Positions 14,736 through 23,069 of a stretch of 51,875 bases of DNA are shown in pieces. A program made the position numbers and the translations under genes. Under the pieces are notes generated by a model. It was given only the letters and a program-made list of their open reading frames with translations. It did no database searches and was not told where the DNA came from. Source of the DNA: a virus (lineage: Duplodnaviria; Caudoviricetes). The stretch covers positions 1 to 51,875 of the IMG/VR virus record IMGVR_UViG_3300020109_000029. One strand, written 5' to 3'. Numbering within the stretch: position 1 is the first letter of the stretch; each line of letters begins with the position of its first letter.

Positions 14736-15097
14736 GCGTCTCGTCCCGCTGGCCACTCAGGCAGAGGAACGGTCTGGCCGGCCATCTCGTGCGTGCAATC
14801 CCCTAAGAATTGGATTTGCCCGTCGGTCACGAACGAGTGGCAGACATCGCATGTGAATGACGGCTTCCGCCCCGTGCGGGCCTCGAAAGAGCACCAGCAA
14901 TCGCCGGTGTGGCCGGGCACATGGTGTCCGCTGCGGACGAGGACGGACGGGGTGAATGTCGGTCGATCAGCGTTTCCGTTAAATCCCCAGGCACCCGGGC
15001 CCTCCACACGCACAGCGTGGGCGCCTTCACAGCCGGGGCACCAGAACATCACGAGCCCGCCTTCCACGCGGCGCAGGATTGGACTTTCGACGCTCAT
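14732..15097 (-). CDS. DUF6527-like Cys/His protein
   Basis: FWCPGC..H..W.FNG...PTFTPSVL..CHSFVTDGQIQFLGDCTH. Confidence 0.8.
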   Translation of the reverse strand: MSVESPILRRVEGGLVMFWCPGCEGAHAVRVEGPGAWGFNGNADRPTFTPSVLVRSGHHVPGHTGDCWCSFEARTGRKPSFTCDVCHSFVTDGQIQFLGDCTHEMAGQTVPLPEWPAGRDA

Positions 15098-15570
15098 CGG
15101 ACCAACTCAAAGTGAGGGCCATCAAGAAAGGCGGACTTGCCCGCCTTGCGCCGCTGGGCCGCGTAGGTGTCGACGGCCGCCTTCATGGCCGCCGCGGTGC
15201 CCATCTTGATGTTCGCGAGGCTCGACCAGTTGCCGCCCCAGCGAATCGGCACGCCCAGCTCTTTGCTGGCCTGCCAGACGGCGGCGGCGATCGGGTAGAT
15301 CGCGGGCCATTCCCACCGCATCTTGCCGTTGATGAAGGGGACCAGGTCCACGGCGTGACCGAATCCGTCCGACTGCTGTCGGTGCATCGAGTTCATGGTC
15401 TTGGACGCGCCAGCCGCGACGAGTCGCTTTTGCTCTTCCAGCGTGCGGAGCCCGTCGTGAACGCTGAAGTCCTGCGACGTGATCTGGATAGCGCGCTCGA
15501 CCACTTGAACGAGGTCGGGATGCACGCCCTTAAGCTCGGCACGCGACTTGGCGCCAAGGACATAGCCCAT
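15094..15570 (-). CDS. Endolysin, M15-family peptidase
   Basis: GLRTLEEQ, SKTMNSMH, GHAVD, IRWGGNW, DGPHFEL. Confidence 0.93.
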   Translation of the reverse strand: MGYVLGAKSRAELKGVHPDLVQVVERAIQITSQDFSVHDGLRTLEEQKRLVAAGASKTMNSMHRQQSDGFGHAVDLVPFINGKMRWEWPAIYPIAAAVWQASKELGVPIRWGGNWSSLANIKMGTAAAMKAAVDTYAAQRRKAGKSAFLDGPHFELVR

Positions 15571-15721
15571 GGTGACGTTTCCTGTTGGTTGTGTCAGATT
15601 TCGCGGATGCCGTGGCCTGACGAACCGAACAGCGCGCCGATCTCCCGCAGGGACGCTTGGGGCGGGATTGCTTGGCGGGTGCTGGGCTTCGGCTTCGTCG
15701 CCTGGATGGTCTGGATGGTCG

Positions 15722-16045
15722 TTACCGGCTGACCACGGGCACGACGATGCGGGCCTGAACCTTTTGCCCTCCCGCCGTCTCTGCGGTGAGCAGTATGCCG
15801 AGGTTAAACCCGACGGGTCCGCCCTCTCCGACAGTGAACGTCGACACGCCTTCGTCCGGCGAGCCAGGGAGGCCGGTTATCTCGACCTCGGGCGTATCGC
15901 CGTCGAAGGCTTCAAGCTCATAGGCGACATCGCCGTCGATAGTGTCGGCACTCTCTCCCGAACCGAGCTGCGGGTTCCAGTCGAAGACGTGGGTCAGCTT
16001 TTCCCCGACCAGCTTGGCGGGGGCGTAGATTGTGCGCTGGGTCAT
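15722..16045 (-). CDS. Putative virion fibre adaptor
   Basis: Acidic beta-rich ORF after the large fibre-like gene. Confidence 0.55.
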   Translation of the reverse strand: MTQRTIYAPAKLVGEKLTHVFDWNPQLGSGESADTIDGDVAYELEAFDGDTPEVEITGLPGSPDEGVSTFTVGEGGPVGFNLGILLTAETAGGQKVQARIVVPVVSR

Positions 16046-16054
16046 GGACGCGTC

Positions 16055-18586
16055 CTAAAGGGCTCGGGATAGGCGCAGGGCGGCCAGGGAGCGATCCTGG
16101 GGCATGCCTTGGAGGTCTCGGGTCTGGTGGGCGCCGATCATCACGCGGGAGGCCTCGGCGCCCTCCAGGGAGCGATCCCGGGCTTGGCCGGAGAGTTGGC
16201 GAGCGGGGATTGGCTGGAAGGGGCGAACAAAATAGCCAGACGCCGCGCCAACGACCGGGGAGAGACCGGCGAGGGTGGACGCCGTGATCGGAAGTCGGCC
16301 AGCCAGCGACGTTGAGACGGGACCAAGGCTGACTGTCGCGGACGCCGAAACGAACAAGACGCCCGTCGCTGCGCCGGTGAGGTGGCCAAGCTGACCTGAG
16401 GTCCGTCCGCCAGCCTGTAGTGAGCCAGCGCCCGCGCCGGTGGCGTGATCTAGCGTGAAGGACGCGGAGCCGCGAACAAGCAGGCCGCCCGTCGATGCCC
16501 CAATCAGAGAGCCAAGAGTACCGCTGGCCTCTCCGGTCGCCGTTTCTCCGAACGATCCGGAGCCTAGCCCGGTCAGGGGGCCAAGGGGCGCCGAAAGGGT
16601 GGCAGAGATTGGAAGGTGGCCGGAGGCGGAGAGGGTGAGCGGTGACAGGGCCGCGGCGGCGTCGCCGTCTATCGGCAGGTCGCCCTCGGCCATCGTGGTG
16701 ACGAAGCCGAGGGCAATGCTGGCCTGAGCCGCGATGCTGAGCGCGCCCGCGCCGGAACCCGTGAGTATCTCCAGGGTGACGTTTCCGATCCCGGAGACCG
16801 GGAGGGACGCCGCCGATGCCCCGCCAAGGCTTCCAAGCGTCGCGTCGGTCGCTCCGCCGATCTGGAGCGACCCGACGCCGGCAGCGGTTGCCGCCCCGAG
16901 CGCGGCGCTTGCCATCGCCTTGACGGTGAGCGAGCCGGTCCCCGAGGTCGTGGCGACACCCAGCTTCGGGGCGCTCGTGGCCTTGATCTGGAGAGAGCCC
17001 GCCCCCGAGCCTGTTGCTGCCCCGAGGGTGACGCTGGCGGCTCCGGTGATGGCCCCGCCGCTGTCGACGACCTTGAACGCCGCGACCGCCATCGCGTGAC
17101 GAGCAGAGGCCGATGCCGTGACTTGCACTGTCCCCGTCGCGCCGGCGGAAGACCGGATAGCGTCCGCTACGGCGAGGGCCGCGTCCGCACCGGTCGTGGT
17201 CCCGCTGTCCGCCCGCTCTATCCAGGTTCCCGACGTGGGAAGGCTGGTCATGTTGGTGGCGCCGGAAGCGGTCGTAGGATCGGTGGCCGCGTCGAAGGCG
17301 GTGGCGGTGACGTTCCGGGCTCCAAACAGCGCGGCGAAGATCAGCGATCCGGCCGTGGTGGTCGTGACGCCGGCCGTCGTGACGGTCGTGGAGGCGGTCG
17401 GGAGAGTGTTCGAAGATCCCGTGTCGAGACTGATCGTGCCCGGCGCGTCGTAGCGATAGGCCAGCGCCCGTCCTATGCCGACATCGCCGCCCGTGCGGGT
17501 GAAGGTGTAGGACGGGGCGGAGGAGCCCCGGATGCAGTAAGCAATCAGACCCCCACCGATCGATCCGGTGCCGTTGGCCGTCGTGTTTCCACCGGACTGC
17601 TGGGTTGCCGCAAGTTGCCAGCCGCCGGTGGATGGCAAGGCGAACGCGACGTTGGATCGGAAGCTGATCGGGACGACGATCAGGTCGCCCTCTGCCGCGC
17701 CAGAGGGCTCGGTGACGGTGATGTTGCCGCTGGCGACCGTGACAGCCCCGCCGATCAGGGGGGCGGACCAGCCTACGTCCGTGACCGTGACGGCGATCGT
17801 CTGATCGGTCGTGTTGCTCGCGCCGTCGGTCGCCCGGACCGTGACGACGTAGGCGTTGTCGCCGTCCGCATCGGCCGGGCTCTCGTAGTCCCGCGTCCCG
17901 TTGCTGGCCCAGCGGAGTGTAGAGCCGCTGATTTCGAACTGCGCCTGATCCGCACCGCCGATTATCGACCAGGTGACGGCCTCGTTCGCCGTCAGGCTGT
18001 GGGCGAGGGTGGCGTTCTCAGCGACCGAGGCGGTGTTGGCACTCGTGATCGTAGGGGGCGTGACGTCGGGGCCGCCAGCCTCGTAGGTGATCGAAAGCTG
18101 GGCGCAGTTGGTCGTGCTGGTGGAATAGTCCACCCACGCCATGAGACCCGTAGCTCCGGCAGGATCGCCGGCGAAAGCGATTGCATTGCCCGGCGCCCAA
18201 CCTGTCCGGTTGATGATCTCCTGAACCTGGGCGGTGACGTCTATCCGCTGAGTCGCCCCGTCGGCTATTGCGGTTGATGCCGTGGTTTTGGGTGCAGCGC
18301 TCGGGTTGGTAACACTCCAGACCGGTGCGTTATCAGTCGCTACACCCTTAATCGCGCCCCAACTTCCTGCCGTGGAGTTCGCCCCATCCTTCACGAGGTC
18401 GATGTAGGCCTCGCTTATGGTGGAGCCTTGGGGCGGGGCTGAGCCGTCCGTCGGGAAACGCAGCCCTACAAAGTAGCTAAAACCGCTTGCGGTACCGGCC
18501 GCGACGTTGGTCGAGATAATCCCAAAACCGGGAGCAAAAAAGACATCATCCGCCGTATTGGCGATGCCATAGGAGACTGTCGGCAT
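16055..18586 (-). CDS. Large virion fibre/adhesin-like protein with a cadherin domain and Gly/Ala/Ser repeats
   Basis: PTITS...SVAEN...DYESPAD.DGDNAYVVTVRATD; periodic G.A...LG...G repeats in the C-terminal half. Confidence 0.8.
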   Translation of the reverse strand: MPTVSYGIANTADDVFFAPGFGIISTNVAAGTASGFSYFVGLRFPTDGSAPPQGSTISEAYIDLVKDGANSTAGSWGAIKGVATDNAPVWSVTNPSAAPKTTASTAIADGATQRIDVTAQVQEIINRTGWAPGNAIAFAGDPAGATGLMAWVDYSTSTTNCAQLSITYEAGGPDVTPPTITSANTASVAENATLAHSLTANEAVTWSIIGGADQAQFEISGSTLRWASNGTRDYESPADADGDNAYVVTVRATDGASNTTDQTIAVTVTDVGWSAPLIGGAVTVASGNITVTEPSGAAEGDLIVVPISFRSNVAFALPSTGGWQLAATQQSGGNTTANGTGSIGGGLIAYCIRGSSAPSYTFTRTGGDVGIGRALAYRYDAPGTISLDTGSSNTLPTASTTVTTAGVTTTTAGSLIFAALFGARNVTATAFDAATDPTTASGATNMTSLPTSGTWIERADSGTTTGADAALAVADAIRSSAGATGTVQVTASASARHAMAVAAFKVVDSGGAITGAASVTLGAATGSGAGSLQIKATSAPKLGVATTSGTGSLTVKAMASAALGAATAAGVGSLQIGGATDATLGSLGGASAASLPVSGIGNVTLEILTGSGAGALSIAAQASIALGFVTTMAEGDLPIDGDAAAALSPLTLSASGHLPISATLSAPLGPLTGLGSGSFGETATGEASGTLGSLIGASTGGLLVRGSASFTLDHATGAGAGSLQAGGRTSGQLGHLTGAATGVLFVSASATVSLGPVSTSLAGRLPITASTLAGLSPVVGAASGYFVRPFQPIPARQLSGQARDRSLEGAEASRVMIGAHQTRDLQGMPQDRSLAALRLSRAL

Positions 18587-18608
18587 GGGTCAGCCTCCCG
18601 GCAGAGGC

Positions 18609-19016
18609 TTAGGCGTTGGCGTCGGTTAAGGAAAACGCCGTGACAGAGAAGGCCTGGCCCGCTGCGAAAACGACGTTGTCGAGCTGCATGTCGGCTCCGC
18701 CGCCGGTTGCGCTGACCGTCCCCTGAAGGCCGCAGGTCGTGCCGTCGGAGGCGTAGAGACGGAAATGGCCGGCCGTGCCTGCCGCGTCGGCAGAGCTATC
18801 ATCCCAGGTGCCGCTCTTGGCCTTCGACCCGCCTGAGGCGGCCGCCATCCAATCCGAGGGCAGGTTGACGGTCGCAAGGACCGTTCCGGTGTCAGAGGCG
18901 GCGCAGTTGGCCGGGGCCGCGCCGCTGCGAATCTTCAGAACGGCCGACGTGCCGATCTGGGCCTCGATTGCGTCGAGACGGGCGTTGCGAACGGCGGTGC
19001 TGAGTTGAATAGCCAT
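18609..19016 (-). CDS. Putative virion structural protein
   Basis: MAIQLSTAVRNARLDAI; GAGGAG RBS. Confidence 0.7.
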   Translation of the reverse strand: MAIQLSTAVRNARLDAIEAQIGTSAVLKIRSGAAPANCAASDTGTVLATVNLPSDWMAAASGGSKAKSGTWDDSSADAAGTAGHFRLYASDGTTCGLQGTVSATGGGADMQLDNVVFAAGQAFSVTAFSLTDANA

Positions 19017-19079
19017 GAGTCATCTCCTCGGCATGGCGAGTTTCCGGCCGGAGCCGTGGGGGAGGGTGGTGGAGGGGTG

Positions 19080-19427
19080 TTAGGCGGTTGGTTCGACGGG
19101 GACCGGCTTGTCAAGATCGTTGACGACCTCGACGGGCTGGGGCTGGCCGGGCGCTATCGACGCAGCGGCGGCGTCGATAGCGCGATAGGCCATGTCCTGC
19201 TGCCCCGCGTTCACGACCTTGGCGAAGTAGAAGCCGAGGATCAGCAGCATGCCGTCCTTAAACAGGCCCGCCATCGTCATGACGGCTTCTCGGTAGTCGG
19301 GCAGAATGTAGCGCCCCGTCACCGCGATCATGGGCGTGAATAAAAGGCAGCCGGCGAGGAAGCCCAGAGCCAGCAGCGTCGTGGTCTGCGGCAGGGGCGG
19401 GATGCGGATCACAAACGGCAGCCTCAT
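19080..19427 (-). CDS. Holin-like membrane protein
   Basis: Two TM segments, ILGFYF. Confidence 0.6.
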   Translation of the reverse strand: MRLPFVIRIPPLPQTTTLLALGFLAGCLLFTPMIAVTGRYILPDYREAVMTMAGLFKDGMLLILGFYFAKVVNAGQQDMAYRAIDAAAASIAPGQPQPVEVVNDLDKPVPVEPTA

Positions 19428-19858
19428 TGGGTCGCTCCCTGGATCGCGGCGCCGTGGGTCGCAGCCTTCTCAGCCGCTTCCACGCGGGCCTGGCGCTCGC
19501 GCATGTCCTTGATCTTGACGATGTGCTCAGCCGCCTTGTCGGGGGCGGCCTCAAGCAGCAGGAGCAGGGCGTCGAGGCATTGGGTCAGGTTGTTGATCCG
19601 GTGCCGGTCGATGGACCGCTCAGCCTCGTGACGCGCTCGCTCACTGTCCAGCCGACGCTCCAGCTCATCGACCCTGTGCTTGAGGTCGGCGTTGTCAGCG
19701 GCGCGAGCATCCAGAAGTGTCGCCTCTCGCTTGGCGGCCAACTCCGCCATGAGCGGCCGCATCTTGACGACAGCCGCGATGAGCAGAGCCAGGATGCCCC
19801 AGCCCCATGGCGCACGGGCGAAGCTACCGCCGAGCGCGGCCACAAGGGTTTCAAACAC
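19424..19858 (-). CDS. Membrane-anchored coiled-coil protein
   Basis: N-terminal TM plus coiled coil. Confidence 0.65.
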   Translation of the reverse strand: MFETLVAALGGSFARAPWGWGILALLIAAVVKMRPLMAELAAKREATLLDARAADNADLKHRVDELERRLDSERARHEAERSIDRHRINNLTQCLDALLLLLEAAPDKAAEHIVKIKDMRERQARVEAAEKAATHGAAIQGATQ

Positions 19859-20138
19859 GCTGGCCCCTTCCGTACGTCTTGGCGACGTAGAGGGTGAACC
19901 CCGCCACGCAGATGGATGCGATCAGCAGGGCGATCATCGAGAGGTCGGCCGTAACCTCGCCGCGGATCAAGCGTCGGCTCAGGAAGCCGATCATCAGCAA
20001 CGAAAACAGCGCGCAAACCAGCCTCGCAGGATCGCCATGCCTCCCTTGCGAGACGTAGAGCGACCAGAGGGCGGGGACCATGTACGCGGCCACGGCAAGC
20101 CAACTTGCAATGGCGAGAGAGATCAGGGCTGCAATCAT
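19851..20138 (-). CDS. Three-TM membrane protein (holin candidate)
   Basis: Three hydrophobic segments. Confidence 0.6.
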   Translation of the reverse strand: MIAALISLAIASWLAVAAYMVPALWSLYVSQGRHGDPARLVCALFSLLMIGFLSRRLIRGEVTADLSMIALLIASICVAGFTLYVAKTYGRGQRV

Positions 20139-20229
20139 GCGGTTCTCGTCTAGAAACGGGGGCCGATACAAGGCAGCCGACGAGGCGGCTTGGGTTGCCG
20201 GAGAATTCGCGGCGAGGTAGCGTTCAGGG

Positions 20230-21240
20230 ATGGAAGCTTCAGCCCTTGGGATTGCTCTCGACCGCTGGTTGGCTCGTTCGCTGCCCGGCGACGCTCTGAA
20301 GGACCTTTACACGCGAGGGATGCGAAGGGTCGCCGAGACCACACCGTTCAAGGGCCGGAACGTGATGAGGACGCGCTACGGCTTCGACATCGAAGTCGAT
20401 CGGTTCGACGCCCTCAAATGGTGCCTTCACTACTTCGGGGCCTTTGAGCCGCAGATATCAGAGGCGTGGACGAAGCTCATTCGCCCTGGCGGAACGGTCG
20501 TCGATCTTGGCGGGAACGTCGGCTATCACGCCATGCTCGCCGCCAGTCTCGTAGGCCCCTCTGGACGTGTCCTCACGTTCGAGCCCTGCCGTGCCGTCTT
20601 TGATCAGCTCGTCGCCAACGCGGAACGCAATGGTTTCTCGCAGATCACGGCCACCCAAGCCGCCGTCTGCGACGAGGTAGGGTTCGCCGATCTTCACTGC
20701 CTTGGGGATAATGAGCAGGCCCAAGGGTCACTCTCTTGGCGCGATGGCGTCCACCGCCTCGAACGCGTCCCGACCATCACCTTCGATCAGGCGGCAGAGA
20801 TGGTGGACACCCGCGAAATCGACCTGATCAAGCTGGACGTCGAGGGGGCCGAGGATCGCATCGTTCCGATCATGTCGCGCCACGATTTCCGCGACGACTG
20901 CGTCATGTTCATCGAGATCGGCCCGCAGAACGTGGGGACCGAAGTTCTCGCGCCGCTGCTTGCGCGAGGCTTCCACGGCCGGCGCATCGGCAACACCTAC
21001 GACACCCGCTTTTATCGCAGCTCAGGAGAGGCCACGCTGGAGCCCTTGGCTGAAGGCGGCGGGATCATTCAGGACGTGGTGCTAAGCCGAGACCTGCGAG
21101 TGTTCGATACGATCCTCGATCAGGCGTCGATTGCGCCGAACGCCTTCCATGTCCCCGGTGAGCCGCCCGTCGTACAGACCCAGCCAACCTTGCCGCTGGG
21201 TGCCGGCGCATCGTTGAGCCAAATCGCGCCGGCTGCGTAA
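20230..21240 (+). CDS. FkbM-family SAM-dependent methyltransferase (moron on the opposite strand)
   Basis: VVDLGGNVGY, VLTFEP, IDLIKLDVEGAE. Confidence 0.9.
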   Translation: MEASALGIALDRWLARSLPGDALKDLYTRGMRRVAETTPFKGRNVMRTRYGFDIEVDRFDALKWCLHYFGAFEPQISEAWTKLIRPGGTVVDLGGNVGYHAMLAASLVGPSGRVLTFEPCRAVFDQLVANAERNGFSQITATQAAVCDEVGFADLHCLGDNEQAQGSLSWRDGVHRLERVPTITFDQAAEMVDTREIDLIKLDVEGAEDRIVPIMSRHDFRDDCVMFIEIGPQNVGTEVLAPLLARGFHGRRIGNTYDTRFYRSSGEATLEPLAEGGGIIQDVVLSRDLRVFDTILDQASIAPNAFHVPGEPPVVQTQPTLPLGAGASLSQIAPAA

Positions 21241-22673
21241 GTTCCGGTCGTGGGGGCCGCTGAGCCCGCGCCGAGAATGCCCGATTGCGCGCTTCCACCC
21301 GTGGTGAAACCTTGCGGGAGGTGCGGACGGTCTACCGCAAGGTTGCCGGCGAACGCCGAATTGGGGAAGCGGATCGCGGCTGAACCGTCCACCACAAAGT
21401 CGGTGTAGTTGACGCTCAGAACGCCACTCAGGGACACGCGCTTACTGGCCGCCGACGCCTTGAACTCGAAGCCCTCGTCGCCTGACCGCCAATACGATCC
21501 AGCGTTGGGAGCCTCCCCCTTGGCGTTGGCGATGTTGATACTTGAGGCGACCGAATAGGCCTGCGTGGAAAAGGCGTCACCGTTCGGGAGCGCGGCGAAC
21601 ACCACGCCCCCGGCACTGCGCTCAAAGCCGTTGCCGCTCGGGTCGCCAATCCTGAGGCAGCGCGCGTTCAGGTCGTAGTAGGTCGGGGTCTCGGAATAGC
21701 AGCCGAAATAAACCGACCGGATTGCCTTGGTCTTCTCAGCCCAATAGCCGCCGTCACCGTTCGCGTCGGCCTCACAGGCGATGTACGTGTTCCCGAGGCC
21801 GCTGTCGTCGTAGAAGCCCCAAGCTCCGTTTTCGAAGGCGTGGCAACGGTTCAGCAGGCACGCGTTCGCGTTGATGCCCGCGAGGTAGAAGCCCGATCCG
21901 CCGTTGTAAATCGCGATGCAGTTGGTGAAGACGCAGCCGTTCGCGATGCCGTCGATACTACTTGTGGGCGCCGACAGAATGTTGAAGCCGTCAGACGGGA
22001 AGCCCTCGACGCGAACCTCATAGGCGTAGATCGGAGTGGTGGTGCAAAGCCCGCGCAGGCCGGCGGGAGCGCCCGCCTGGCAGAATACCGTTAGGCCCGA
22101 GACAACGCTACGGCGGGCATCGCCGGAGAAGCCCGTAATGGTCGTCAGGAAGTGCACAAACAGCATGGCGACGCTTTGTCCGCTGCCGATGCTCAGGTAG
22201 GTCCCGTCAGAGGCGAAGATGAGCTTGGTTTGCTCTTGCGAGCCGCCGCGAATGTTGATCGGCTTCTCGAACACGAGGCTTTGCGAAAGCAGGAAGCTGT
22301 ACCCGTCACCGAGGTAGAGCGTTCCACCCGAGCGCAATGCCTCGATCGCGGCGAGGAAGGCCGCTGTGTCGTCGGTGACGCCATCGCCTACCGCGCCGAA
22401 GTCGAACGGAGTAACGCGCTCGCGAAGCTTGTCCTGGACGGATCGCACGGACGAGCCGGATCCGGCGGCTTGGAAAGTCACCGACCCGCCGCCCTGCACC
22501 TCGCCAGCGTTCGCCAGGATGTCGGCGATGGACTGCTCCGCCGCCTCTGCTCGGTCGGCATAAGGCGCGGCTGCAGCAGCCGCGGCGGCCCCCGCTAGCG
22601 CCGCCACCAGCGGCCCCCCCGCAACTGAGACCCGGACCTGGTGATCAATGACCTTCAACACACGATCAGCCAT
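21120..22673 (-). CDS. Tailspike / beta-helix depolymerase
   Basis: RSVQDKLRE, DFGAVGDGVTDDTAAF, N-G beta-helix repeats, GWVCTTGGSPGTWKAFG. Confidence 0.88.
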   Translation of the reverse strand: MADRVLKVIDHQVRVSVAGGPLVAALAGAAAAAAAAPYADRAEAAEQSIADILANAGEVQGGGSVTFQAAGSGSSVRSVQDKLRERVTPFDFGAVGDGVTDDTAAFLAAIEALRSGGTLYLGDGYSFLLSQSLVFEKPINIRGGSQEQTKLIFASDGTYLSIGSGQSVAMLFVHFLTTITGFSGDARRSVVSGLTVFCQAGAPAGLRGLCTTTPIYAYEVRVEGFPSDGFNILSAPTSSIDGIANGCVFTNCIAIYNGGSGFYLAGINANACLLNRCHAFENGAWGFYDDSGLGNTYIACEADANGDGGYWAEKTKAIRSVYFGCYSETPTYYDLNARCLRIGDPSGNGFERSAGGVVFAALPNGDAFSTQAYSVASSINIANAKGEAPNAGSYWRSGDEGFEFKASAASKRVSLSGVLSVNYTDFVVDGSAAIRFPNSAFAGNLAVDRPHLPQGFTTGGSAQSGILGAGSAAPTTGTYAAGAIWLNDAPAPSGKVGWVCTTGGSPGTWKAFGAIDA

Positions 22674-23055
22674 TTTGGGTCGCTCCGGCGCGGATATTGA
22701 AAGAGCCCTCCATCCAGCGGACCTTTCCGAGTCCGGCCGTGGTGATGTGGAGGTCGTAGACGAGCTTCACGTCCTCACCTGGGTTGACCAGCAGGCTTTC
22801 CAGCGTGGTCTCGTTGATCCTGATCTGGACTGACGACACGTCCTGGCCATCGACCTCGGCCACCGACACCGACACACCTTGGGCGTTGCTGGCAGCGTTC
22901 GTGAGCGAGAGTAGGGGGCTCCCCGGCGCGTCGCGGTAGAGCCGAACCTGCATCGCGAACGTCGCCGCCGACAGGTCAAACCCTTCGATAGCGGTGATGT
23001 CGACGAACGGCGTCCATCGCTGGGCGACAAGGTCAACCCTGGCAGGCGTGATCAT
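22666..23055 (-). CDS. Tail/baseplate accessory protein
   Basis: FDLS..TFAMQVR...LVYDL...WMEGSF. Confidence 0.7.
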   Translation of the reverse strand: MITPARVDLVAQRWTPFVDITAIEGFDLSAATFAMQVRLYRDAPGSPLLSLTNAASNAQGVSVSVAEVDGQDVSSVQIRINETTLESLLVNPGEDVKLVYDLHITTAGLGKVRWMEGSFNIRAGATQNG

Positions 23056-23069
23056 GTGCGAGACCTCAA

